Positions 10,812 through 18,861 of a stretch of 64,000 nt of DNA are shown here, piece by piece (within the stretch, counting starts at the first letter, position 1; every line of letters begins with the position of its first letter). Both the position numbers and the translations under genes were made by a program. The notes below the pieces were generated by a model. The model made no database searches. It saw only the letters and a program-made list of their open reading frames with translations, and had not been told where the DNA came from. Source of the stretch: an uncultured Verrucomicrobiota bacterium (GTDB lineage Bacteria; Verrucomicrobiota; Verrucomicrobiia; JABWAM01); the NCBI GenBank assembly GCA_964475835.1, contig CAYYYL010000002.1, positions 49,910 through 113,909 of the forward strand. Reading direction: 5' to 3'.

Positions 10812-11085
10812 GAAGCTATCTCATGAATAAAGTGGGTGGCGCGAAAGGCTGTTTTGGCCGAATCCAAGGCGACGAGGCTGGAGAATCCCCTCAGTGGGCT
10901 TTGACTGCCGAGTCAACGCTGGAAGCGGCCAAAATAGCCATCGCCCAAAGGGTTGCGCAGCTTTTGGGCGGCGGCGGCGTTGCGCTCGCGCTCCGAGATC
11001 GCTGCGGATATCGCAGCGACTCGCACGCTTGGCCGACGCCCAAAATTTGCAGCAACGCCACCCATTTTATTCATGAGACAGCTTC
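10812..11085. repeat. 274-bp element bounded by 30-bp imperfect inverted repeats (28/30 matching) with a palindrome-dense GC-rich core. It may be a MITE-like insertion or a structured regulatory/ncRNA element.
   Basis: The left arm (10812-10841) is gaagctatctcatgaataaagtgggtggcg. The right arm (11056-11085) is cgccacccattttattcatgagacagcttc, and its reverse complement matches the left arm at 28 of 30 positions. The core holds several hairpins: ttgactgccgagtcaa (10901-10916), cgcccaaa...tttgggcg (10943-10970), and tcgctgcg-gatat-cgcagcga (10999-11019). Both arms contain TCATGA, and the rdgB start codon lies inside the right arm. Confidence 0.6.
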
Positions 11086-11693
11086 TTATTCTGGCTACGG
11101 GCAACGCCCACAAGGCTCGTGAATTTGCAGAAATGCTTGGTTCATGGGAGGTTCTTACGTTGAAGAACATTGGTTTCCAGGGGGATATTCTCGAGAATGG
11201 ACGAACGTTCGAAGAAAACGCCCAAATCAAAGCGGCATCCGTAATGGATTTTCTGAAGCAAAATCCGGTTTGTGGTGGGGGAGTCTCCGTGGTTTGTGCG
11301 GACGATTCGGGGCTTGAAGTGGATCATTTGGGGGGGGCACCCGGGGTTCTTTCCGCCCGATTCGCCGGGATCCCGTCCAATGACGCTGCCAACACGTCGA
11401 AACTTCTGGAAGCACTCGCGGGTGTTGCGGGTGTGAACCGGACGGCGCGATTTCGTTGTGTGATCGCAGCTGCAACGCTGGGGATGAATGCTCCCGAAAA
11501 AATATTTTCAGGGTCTTGCGAGGGAAAGATAGGATTCCAACCCAAGGGGACCCATGGATTTGGGTATGACCCTGTGTTTTTTCCAGAGGGATTTTGTCAT
11601 ACTTTTGCCGAAATCCAGTCGGACGAAAAAAACCGGATCAGTCATCGATCCAAGGCTGTGGCGGCGTTTAAAAAGTGGCTTCAAACCTTATGA
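11073..11693 (+). CDS. rdgB: Non-canonical purine NTP pyrophosphatase (dITP/XTP pyrophosphatase, RdgB/Ham1 family)
   Basis: The protein reads MRQLLILATGNAHKAREF..., with GFGYDPVF and the C-terminal HRSKA, all typical of RdgB. The ORF-track start at 10953 adds 40 residues of GC-rich repeat-element sequence. The ATG at 11073 is preferred. Confidence 0.85.
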   Translation: MRQLLILATGNAHKAREFAEMLGSWEVLTLKNIGFQGDILENGRTFEENAQIKAASVMDFLKQNPVCGGGVSVVCADDSGLEVDHLGGAPGVLSARFAGIPSNDAANTSKLLEALAGVAGVNRTARFRCVIAAATLGMNAPEKIFSGSCEGKIGFQPKGTHGFGYDPVFFPEGFCHTFAEIQSDEKNRISHRSKAVAAFKKWLQTL

Positions 11694-12232
11694 AATTCAC
11701 CCTCCTCCTTTCGATATGGTTGGGTTTGGCGTTAACGCTCCTGGCACGGGATTTTCCGAACAAGGGGAAGGAGGACATGTATCTCATGTACATGAAGTTC
11801 GCTTCTGACAGTAAAATTGAAGGAACGCGTCTCCGGGATCGGGCGAAACACGAGCCCGAGGATCTGGCAGCTCTGGATAAGGAAGGGGCCGAACTTTGTT
11901 TTAAAGATGCTGAGCTGGCGGAGAAGGCTGCTATGGCGGTGAGGAAGGCGAATTTTCGGGATAAAAAAGAAGCCGACCTGGCCCATGAGGAAATTCTTGA
12001 GAAGAAGAAGGCTCTTGCAAAGCGGATCGAGGAGTTGAAGCGATCGAAAGTCGCTAAAAAAGAACCTCCGAAGGTGGATCCTGTAAATTCCAAAATCGCT
12101 GCAACCCCAGAACCCCTTCGTGAAGGAGAGGTGGAGATGGGGGAATATGGGGAATATGCCCGGACGCCCGAGGAAGTGGATCGTTGGTTGAAGGAGGAGG
12201 ACATCAAACCGAAGCCTGTTTCAGACAGGTGA
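11690..12232 (+). CDS. Secreted K/E-rich coiled-coil protein of unknown function
   Basis: Signal peptide MKFTLLLSIWLGLALTLLA followed by a highly charged, helical low-complexity body. The start ATG overlaps the rdgB stop (ATGA), which suggests translational coupling. Confidence 0.5.
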   Translation: MKFTLLLSIWLGLALTLLARDFPNKGKEDMYLMYMKFASDSKIEGTRLRDRAKHEPEDLAALDKEGAELCFKDAELAEKAAMAVRKANFRDKKEADLAHEEILEKKKALAKRIEELKRSKVAKKEPPKVDPVNSKIAATPEPLREGEVEMGEYGEYARTPEEVDRWLKEEDIKPKPVSDR

Positions 12233-13624
12233 GATAGGCTGGGATGGGGGGAGAGAGTCCACCGCCTGGGGAAGGAGGAATCCAAAGTCCTGAGCGATTT
12301 GTGTCAGTCCTTGTTGTTGCCGCATCGTTTTGGGAGGTGGGATGTTGAGTTCGTAGGCTGCCTGTTTCGAAATACGATGGGCCTGTGAGACGGGTAGCCG
12401 TTCGTAGTGCTGTAGAATCTGATAGACAAATTCCGGATCAGAAGACTGGGCCTGTGCCATCCCGAATGGGAGAATCACATTGGTCACGATTTCCAGCCAG
12501 CGATCCCGTCCTAAAAGTGAAACAGGTTTTCGCAATACCGTTCCATTCCGGGAGTATCGGAACGACCAGAATGCGTGGGTGATTTTTGGAGGAGAAAGAT
12601 GGTGGGGGAGGTCCGTAAGGATTTGCAGGAACCAGGCGGCAACGCACGGATGGGGGTGGGTGAGAATGGCCAGGGCCGCCAGGCGTCGCTGGGGGTGATT
12701 TGCGGGTCGAACCTGGGCGAGACGAAGAGGATGTCTCGCCCCCTCGGAAAGGAGAATTTCAATTCGGTCCTCGAGAGAAGTTTGTTGTGTTAGCTTTTTC
12801 CAGGATTGACGGCGGGCGATTTCACGAAAGGCGAATTTATTGTGCTTGTAACCGAGTGCTTCACTCAGAACCTGGTAGGCAGTTTGAGAGGGATCAACGT
12901 CATCCATTTCCTTTCGAATACGTGCCGCTTTTTGCTCGAGTCGATAGACCCCTGCAGATTCCACCTGAAGGAGAATCTCGTCCCTGGTAAGGTGGCTGAG
13001 CCATTTTTGTGGCTGCACCCGGGTCGGGGGCATGGGATAACGATCGGGATCAAGGGATTCCAGGAGTTCGCCTAGAGAGGATTGCAAATAAGGATGCAAT
13101 GCCAATTGAGGAACCACATGGCCCTGGGAGGTTTTGATTTCCTTTGCATCCACTGCCTCCCAAAGTGACACATCCAGGATGACGTGATCATAGGCATGAT
13201 TGAGTGAATGCCGATGATCCTTCCATCCTGTGGAGTGAAGATGAATTTCGACATCTCCCATCCATGTTTGATTTCCGATCCGGATTTTTGCATTTCTGAA
13301 ATCCGGTCCGCCTTCCGAATTCCAGTTGCCGGGTGAAAGAATTTCAAGCGATTCACCGCTTAGGGTTCTTAAGCGATGAGTGTCAAAAATCTGATCGGCC
13401 CAGATGGCTTGAACGAAGCGTTCTGTCAGGGGGATGGGATCGTAAAAGGGTGCGGATTCGCGCAATCGTTGTATGGAGGGGAAGGTTTGCTCGCGAAGCT
13501 GTTGATAGGCAAGGGATGTTGGGGATTCGCTGGGTGAGCCCATGGTGAAGACAAAAGGCGAATTGTTTCCCTTTGGCAACTCCTCTTTTTCAAATTGAAG
13601 GGGGCGAATGATCGTTTGACGCAC
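12221..13624 (-). CDS. Conserved hypothetical protein (DUF2851-like, from memory of that family)
   Basis: 467-aa cytoplasmic ORF. The start may instead be the internal MGSPSES at 13543. Its 3' end overlaps the preceding gene tail-to-tail by 12 bp. Confidence 0.5.
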   Translation of the reverse strand: MRQTIIRPLQFEKEELPKGNNSPFVFTMGSPSESPTSLAYQQLREQTFPSIQRLRESAPFYDPIPLTERFVQAIWADQIFDTHRLRTLSGESLEILSPGNWNSEGGPDFRNAKIRIGNQTWMGDVEIHLHSTGWKDHRHSLNHAYDHVILDVSLWEAVDAKEIKTSQGHVVPQLALHPYLQSSLGELLESLDPDRYPMPPTRVQPQKWLSHLTRDEILLQVESAGVYRLEQKAARIRKEMDDVDPSQTAYQVLSEALGYKHNKFAFREIARRQSWKKLTQQTSLEDRIEILLSEGARHPLRLAQVRPANHPQRRLAALAILTHPHPCVAAWFLQILTDLPHHLSPPKITHAFWSFRYSRNGTVLRKPVSLLGRDRWLEIVTNVILPFGMAQAQSSDPEFVYQILQHYERLPVSQAHRISKQAAYELNIPPPKTMRQQQGLTQIAQDFGFLLPQAVDSLPPSQPISPV

Positions 13625-15520
13625 CCCCTATTTTTTGAGACCGTACGGCACGCGAACGCCTGGCAGAAACCTGCTACCCGTGGCGCGTTCACAGAAAGAG
13701 AATTCCCGTTGGATACGGTATCCGTTCATCGCCCCCGTAATGTAGATTGGAAACGTGCCGCAGCTCTCCTTTATGGAGATTGGGGAACGAGCAAGGCCTA
13801 CGTCATTGGGCTCGCATTTGTTGCCGCCCAATATTCGTCACTTCCCATTATTTTGGCCGTGTGCGCCCTGACGGCTGTGGTGGCCTACAACTATCTCATT
13901 ATTTGCAATCACTTCCCGGATGGAGGGGGGGTGTATTCGGCAGCGCGAGATCAGAGCCGGTTGCTTGCGGTGATCGGAGCTCTGTTGCTTGTCGCAGATT
14001 TGACGGTTACCGCATCCCTGAGTGGATGGAGTGCCTTGCGGTATCTTGGTTTGAATGAACACGTGGGGCTCGCCACGGTGGTTCTGATTTTTGGTGTGGC
14101 GGTGATGAACGCATTTGGTCCAAAGCACAGTGGGAGTATTGCGTTTCTTCTGGCCATCCCCATGGTCCTTGTCGTGTTGCTGATTGTGGGGTTGAGCCTT
14201 CCCTTCCTCACAACCGTTCATCTTGAACCCAGTCATTCCTCCTTTTCTCATACATGGGTGGCTTTTGCCGGCGTCATCCTGGCCCTGAGCGGGGTGGAGG
14301 CCATAGCCAATCTGACGGGGGTGATGAAATTGGATCCGGGATCGACTCCTGACGAGCCCAGAGTAAAGAAGACGGCGCGCCTGGCCATTCTTCCCATCGC
14401 TGCGGAAGTTGTTTTGGGAACCGCCTTGCTGGGATGGGCGATGCTCTCATTGCCTCATGAGAATCAGGACATGTTACTCGCGCATAAAGAGGACATGCTT
14501 CGTTTTTTGGGTGAGTTTTACGGGGGCATCCATTTTGGTCCCGTGGTTGCACGGATTTTGGGGATTGTCATCGGAGCGATTGTGGGACTTCTTCTTCTGA
14601 GCGCCGTTAATACCGCCGTCGTGGCCTTGATCGGGTTGACCTACATGATGGGGCGCGATGGGGAGATGCCCCGACAGTTAACCCGGCTGAATCGTTATGG
14701 GGTTCCATGGATTCCCCTGCTGATTGCCACCTTGTTGCCGATTGTCGTGGTGCTCCTAACCTCGAATTTCGACGCGCTTGCCGCTCTTTATGCTATTGGG
14801 GTTGTCGGCGCCATCACCCTCAATCTCGGATCTTGCACCTTCAATAAAAAGTTAAAGATGCACTGGTACGAACGGATTTTGATGGGATTTACCGCGTTGA
14901 TTCTTCTTTTCATTGAAATCACGATTGCAAAGACCAAGCCTGACGCGCTCTTTTTCGCCCTCTGGATCCTGATTGTCGGCCTTTCCCTCCGGGCCTACGC
15001 CCAGAAACGGGCCGGATTGCAAACGCTGCTGGTGCACAAGGATGTGGCGGCTGTTTTTTCACCGGAAGCCATTGCGAACATGAAACTCAATGTGGACGAA
15101 GGCCAGAAGGTGATGGTGGCCGCACGGGGGTTGACCCCGGTGGTTCGTTACGCCCTGGAAGAGGCACATTTGCGAAAAGGCGCCCTGTATGTGCTCTACG
15201 TAAAGGAGCTGGCGGTGGCGATTCCCTCCAATGTGATCACAGGCATCGCTCCCCGCTGGCAGGACGACAGTCAGGCTGCTGCGATCATCTACGGGGTGAA
15301 GGATCTAGCCAAGAAACACGGTGTTCCGGTCATTCCTCTGTATGCAGTCAGTGAAGATCCGGCGGTCACCATTGTGGATCTTGCGGCGACCATGGGAATC
15401 GATTTTCTCATGCTTGGGGCCTCGAATCGACGTTTCATGACCCAACTCCTGAAGGGGGATGTTATTGCCGAGGTTGCACGCGATCTGCCGGACAATATCC
15501 AGCTCGTGATTCACGGTTAG
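13595..15520 (+). CDS. APC-superfamily permease fused to a C-terminal universal-stress-protein (UspA) domain
   Basis: About 12 transmembrane segments with APC-like GGGVYSAARD. The C-terminal ~150 aa (LYVLYVKE...GASNRRFMTQLLKGDVIAEVARDLPDNIQLVIHG) is a Usp fold. The exact start is uncertain because the ATG at 13595 overlaps the neighbouring gene's 5' end. Confidence 0.6.
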   Translation: MKGANDRLTHPLFFETVRHANAWQKPATRGAFTEREFPLDTVSVHRPRNVDWKRAAALLYGDWGTSKAYVIGLAFVAAQYSSLPIILAVCALTAVVAYNYLIICNHFPDGGGVYSAARDQSRLLAVIGALLLVADLTVTASLSGWSALRYLGLNEHVGLATVVLIFGVAVMNAFGPKHSGSIAFLLAIPMVLVVLLIVGLSLPFLTTVHLEPSHSSFSHTWVAFAGVILALSGVEAIANLTGVMKLDPGSTPDEPRVKKTARLAILPIAAEVVLGTALLGWAMLSLPHENQDMLLAHKEDMLRFLGEFYGGIHFGPVVARILGIVIGAIVGLLLLSAVNTAVVALIGLTYMMGRDGEMPRQLTRLNRYGVPWIPLLIATLLPIVVVLLTSNFDALAALYAIGVVGAITLNLGSCTFNKKLKMHWYERILMGFTALILLFIEITIAKTKPDALFFALWILIVGLSLRAYAQKRAGLQTLLVHKDVAAVFSPEAIANMKLNVDEGQKVMVAARGLTPVVRYALEEAHLRKGALYVLYVKELAVAIPSNVITGIAPRWQDDSQAAAIIYGVKDLAKKHGVPVIPLYAVSEDPAVTIVDLAATMGIDFLMLGASNRRFMTQLLKGDVIAEVARDLPDNIQLVIHG

Positions 15521-15617
15521 CAGGCTGCTGATTCTGCTTGCAAGGTTGTCAGGAACACAAAAGACTTGTTCTTTCAGCCACTGTTGATTATCCACAAAAT
15601 TCTCGAAATCTTCATCC

Positions 15618-16556
15618 ATGATCCAGGTTGAAAATCTTGTTAAACGATATGCGGGATTTCAGGCAATTCACGGCCTGACCTTTTCGGTTCAGCGTGGCGA
15701 GATCGTGGGCTTTTTGGGGCCGAATGGAGCGGGGAAAAGCACCACGATGCGGATTCTTTCCTGTTTTCTTCCGGCTACTTCAGGGCGCGCGAGTGTTGCG
15801 GGTTTTGACATTTATGAGCAATCCCTGGAGGTGAGGCGGCGCATCGGATACATGCCCGAAAATGTTCCTCTCTATCCGGAAATGCGGGTTTCGGAGTACT
15901 TGAATTTTCGCGCAGCCTTGAAAGGTGTTCCCGGCTCCCGGAGGAAGTCCCAGGTGGAACTGGTTAGCGAGAAGTGCGGCATCAAGGATGTGTCACGCAA
16001 GCTCATTGGGCATCTTTCCAAGGGCTATCGCCAGCGAGTCGGGCTTGCGGATACACTGGTCCATAATCCTGAGTTGATCATTCTCGATGAGCCCACGATC
16101 GGACTGGATCCCAATCAAATACGTCAGGTCCGTGAGCTGATCAAGGAGTTGGGAAAATCCCACACCGTCCTTCTCTCAACTCACATTCTCCCTGAAGTGG
16201 AAATGACATGCTCCCGCGTGGTGATCATCAACAAAGGGCGCATCGTCGCGAGTGATTCAACGGAAAAGATCAAGAAGCTGCGTCTTGGGGGCGGGGAAAC
16301 CGTGTTGGAGGTGAAGGTGGATGCGGCAGCCCTCGAGCAGTCGTTGAAGGATGTGGCAGGGCTCGATCATTTGAAGATCGCCTCGATGGAAGATGGCTAT
16401 GCGTCCGCAGTGCTCTATCCCAAGGGGGAAGAGGATCTCCGGGAGGTGGCTTATCAGCGCATCAAGGATCGCGGTTGGAATCTCCGGGATCTCACACGGC
16501 GAAGGCAGACTCTTGAAGATGTGTTTGTGCAATTGACCACCGAGGATGATGAGTAG
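15618..16556 (+). CDS. ABC transporter ATP-binding protein (ABC-2 / GldA-like)
   Basis: Walker A GPNGAGKST, the signature LSKGYRQRV, and Walker B ILDEPT. Confidence 0.9.
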   Translation: MIQVENLVKRYAGFQAIHGLTFSVQRGEIVGFLGPNGAGKSTTMRILSCFLPATSGRASVAGFDIYEQSLEVRRRIGYMPENVPLYPEMRVSEYLNFRAALKGVPGSRRKSQVELVSEKCGIKDVSRKLIGHLSKGYRQRVGLADTLVHNPELIILDEPTIGLDPNQIRQVRELIKELGKSHTVLLSTHILPEVEMTCSRVVIINKGRIVASDSTEKIKKLRLGGGETVLEVKVDAAALEQSLKDVAGLDHLKIASMEDGYASAVLYPKGEEDLREVAYQRIKDRGWNLRDLTRRRQTLEDVFVQLTTEDDE

Positions 16557-16566
16557 GGGTTGATGT

Positions 16567-17316
16567 ATGAGAAATATCTGGATCTTGTTTAAGAAGGAGT
16601 TGATGGGGTTTTTCCTGTCGCCAATTGCCTACATTGTGGGGGTTTGTTTTCTTGCGATTACGGGTTTCAGTTTTTACACCGTGGTGGTCCTGCTCAGCGA
16701 ATCGAGCAGCGAGTATCAGCCGGTTCAGATTTTTCTCAGCGGCTTCTTTTCGTGGATCTGTCTTCTGGTGGTGACCCCGGTGATCACCATGCGGCTTTTT
16801 GCCGCGGAAAAGCAGTCCGGAACCATTGAATCCATGATGACCACCCCCGTGCGTGATCTTGAGTATGTTCTGGCGAAGTTTTTTGGTGCTTATTTTTTCT
16901 TTGTTCTGCTCTGGCTTGCGACAGCCCATTGTGTGTATGTCCTGCGTCATTTTGCAAAGGATGCCACACCCCTGGATCTTGGCCCTGTCATTGGCGGGTA
17001 CATGGGCATATTACTTGTAGGAGCCTTGTTTGTTTCGATTGGTTGCATGGCTTCAGCGATGACCAAAAACCAGATTATCGCTGCGGTGGTGACATTTGCT
17101 CTGACCGGAGGATTATTTTTTGGAGGGCTTTTTTTCTATCTGAACGCTGCGGACAAGCATCGCGATTTTTTTGAGTCATTTTCAATGCTCGCCCATGTTC
17201 AGGAGATGGCGACCGGATTGGTAGACTGGCGAAGAATTGTGTTTTACGTGACCGGCACCTGTTTTTTTCTTTTCCTGACCCACCGGATTGTGCAGGCGCG
17301 GCATTGGAAATCGTAA
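16567..17316 (+). CDS. ABC-2 type transporter permease (GldF-like)
   Basis: 249 aa with six predicted transmembrane helices, immediately downstream of the ATPase. Confidence 0.8.
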   Translation: MRNIWILFKKELMGFFLSPIAYIVGVCFLAITGFSFYTVVVLLSESSSEYQPVQIFLSGFFSWICLLVVTPVITMRLFAAEKQSGTIESMMTTPVRDLEYVLAKFFGAYFFFVLLWLATAHCVYVLRHFAKDATPLDLGPVIGGYMGILLVGALFVSIGCMASAMTKNQIIAAVVTFALTGGLFFGGLFFYLNAADKHRDFFESFSMLAHVQEMATGLVDWRRIVFYVTGTCFFLFLTHRIVQARHWKS

Positions 17317-18837
17317 TTGTTGAATCATCATATGGAAAAGAGTTCGGCTCCTAAACCGTGGTTGATCAGCGCCAATGTGGTGATTCAGATCGTGCTGGTG
17401 ACAGCGATTTTTGTGATCGCCAATCTTGGGATCTATTACTGGCATCCCAAACGTGTGGACCTGACCCAGGCCGGCTATTTTAAACTTTCCGACAAGACCC
17501 GGCAGTTGTTGGCCAGTCTTAAAAAGCCGGTTGAAATCATTGTCTTTTTCCAACCCAACGCCCAGGAGCCTGTGACGCAGCAGGTGTACCAATATATTCA
17601 GGGATTGCTCAAAGCGTATGATGATGAGGCTCCAAGGCAGAAAGGGGTGTCCATGTTGAAAGTTCGTTATGTGGATCCCGATCGTGACCCCGTGAGCGCC
17701 GAGCGTCTTTCCAGTCAGTACAATGTCAAGGTGCCGAATGTGGTGGTTTTTGTATATGAGGATCGAAGCAAGTATGTGCAGGTTGGGGACCTTGTGGAGT
17801 TTGCCCGTCCTTCGGGGCCTTTCGGTGGTGGAAGCGATCGTATCCGGGCGTTTCGTGGAGAACAGCAGTTCAGCTCCGCCCTTCAAAATGTGTGCGAGGC
17901 AAAACAGCCCAAGGTCTATTTTCTGCAGGGACATGGAGAGGGTGATCCTGATGAGTTTGAGGCCCGAAAAGGGTTTTCAAATATAGCAACCTATGTTCGT
18001 CGCGATAATCTTGTGGTTGAAAAATTGAACCTTGTCGAAAAACAACAGATTCCTTCAGATTGTGATGTGCTGGTGGTGTGTGGTCCCAACCGGTCCTTTT
18101 CCGAATTGGATTTGAAGGTGTTGCAGGACTATCTTTCACAAAATGGAAGAGCGATGTTCCTGCTTGATGCGCTTCAAAATGACACGGGACTGGAACGGCT
18201 TCTTCGGGATTTCGGGGTTCAGATTGGAAATAATGCGATTCTGACCCAGACCCGGGATCTTCTTGGAAGATCGGCTCTCGTCTTGTCGGCCCCCTGTTCG
18301 GAATATGGAAATCATCCCATCACCCAGGGATTGAAGGACCAGAGCGTGAGCTCGCTTTTCCCTGCGGCGCGTTCGGTTGAAAAGGTTCCAGGAGAGTCCG
18401 CCCACAAGCAGCAGGTGACCGTTCTGGTGGAAACTTCGAAGTCGTCCTGGGGGGAAACGGATCTCGCCAATTTGCGTCAGGACAAGGCTCAATTTGATGA
18501 GAAAGACCGCAAGGGACCTGTACCGGTCGCGGTCGCTGTCGAACCTGCGGCCGCTGGGGAGATGGAGCGGGAGGGGATGCGGATGGTTGTGTTTGGTTCG
18601 AGTGGATTTATTCGCAACGGGAGCCTGAGTGGCGGGAATGTGGACTTGTTTCTCAATGCCATGAACTGGCTCCTGAAGCGTCAGCAGCTGATAGGAATTG
18701 CTTCAAAGACCCCCCAGGAATTCAGCTTGAATCTCGATCCCTCACAACGAAAGGGGATCATGATCACCGAAGTTTTTCTCATTCCGTTTGGGGTCGCAGT
18801 CCTCGGATTTTTTGTCTGGTTGAATCGGCGGAAATAA
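17317..18837 (+). CDS. GldG-family ABC transporter auxiliary component
   Basis: 506 aa with an N-terminal TM anchor, a large extracytoplasmic domain and a C-terminal TM segment. GldG-like proteins sit in this position after ABC-2 permeases. Confidence 0.7.
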   Translation: MLNHHMEKSSAPKPWLISANVVIQIVLVTAIFVIANLGIYYWHPKRVDLTQAGYFKLSDKTRQLLASLKKPVEIIVFFQPNAQEPVTQQVYQYIQGLLKAYDDEAPRQKGVSMLKVRYVDPDRDPVSAERLSSQYNVKVPNVVVFVYEDRSKYVQVGDLVEFARPSGPFGGGSDRIRAFRGEQQFSSALQNVCEAKQPKVYFLQGHGEGDPDEFEARKGFSNIATYVRRDNLVVEKLNLVEKQQIPSDCDVLVVCGPNRSFSELDLKVLQDYLSQNGRAMFLLDALQNDTGLERLLRDFGVQIGNNAILTQTRDLLGRSALVLSAPCSEYGNHPITQGLKDQSVSSLFPAARSVEKVPGESAHKQQVTVLVETSKSSWGETDLANLRQDKAQFDEKDRKGPVPVAVAVEPAAAGEMEREGMRMVVFGSSGFIRNGSLSGGNVDLFLNAMNWLLKRQQLIGIASKTPQEFSLNLDPSQRKGIMITEVFLIPFGVAVLGFFVWLNRRK

Positions 18838-18861
18838 CATTCCCAAAATGTTGGTCTGACC

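Noticed and set aside
10828-10850. T-box-like motif AAAGTGGGTGGCGCGAAAGG near leuS
   Set aside because: It is on the wrong strand to lie in a leuS leader, it lacks the full AGGGUGGNACCGCG consensus, and no specifier or antiterminator architecture is evident. I treat it as part of the inverted-repeat element instead.
10812-11085. Calling the inverted-repeat-bounded element an IS or transposon
   Set aside because: There is no transposase ORF and no clear target-site duplication. I report it as a repeat (a MITE-like or regulatory structure), not as a mobile_element.
10823-11230. ORFs 10823..11122 (+), 10913..11230 (-) and the extended rdgB start at 10953
   Set aside because: All run through the palindrome-dense repeat-bounded element. 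Their translations are Ala/Arg/Gly-rich low-complexity sequence produced by GC-rich hairpins. rdgB homology begins only at the ATG at 11073.
11668-12285. 205-aa Ser-rich ORF on the minus strand
   Set aside because: It is a shadow ORF of the K/E-rich coiled-coil gene. GAA and AAG repeats read as TTC and CTT (Ser/Phe/Leu) on the other strand. The plus-strand gene has a signal peptide and is translationally coupled to rdgB.
17182-17934. 250-aa ORF on the minus strand
   Set aside because: It is antisense to the GldG-like and ABC-2 permease genes, which form a coherent plus-strand operon.
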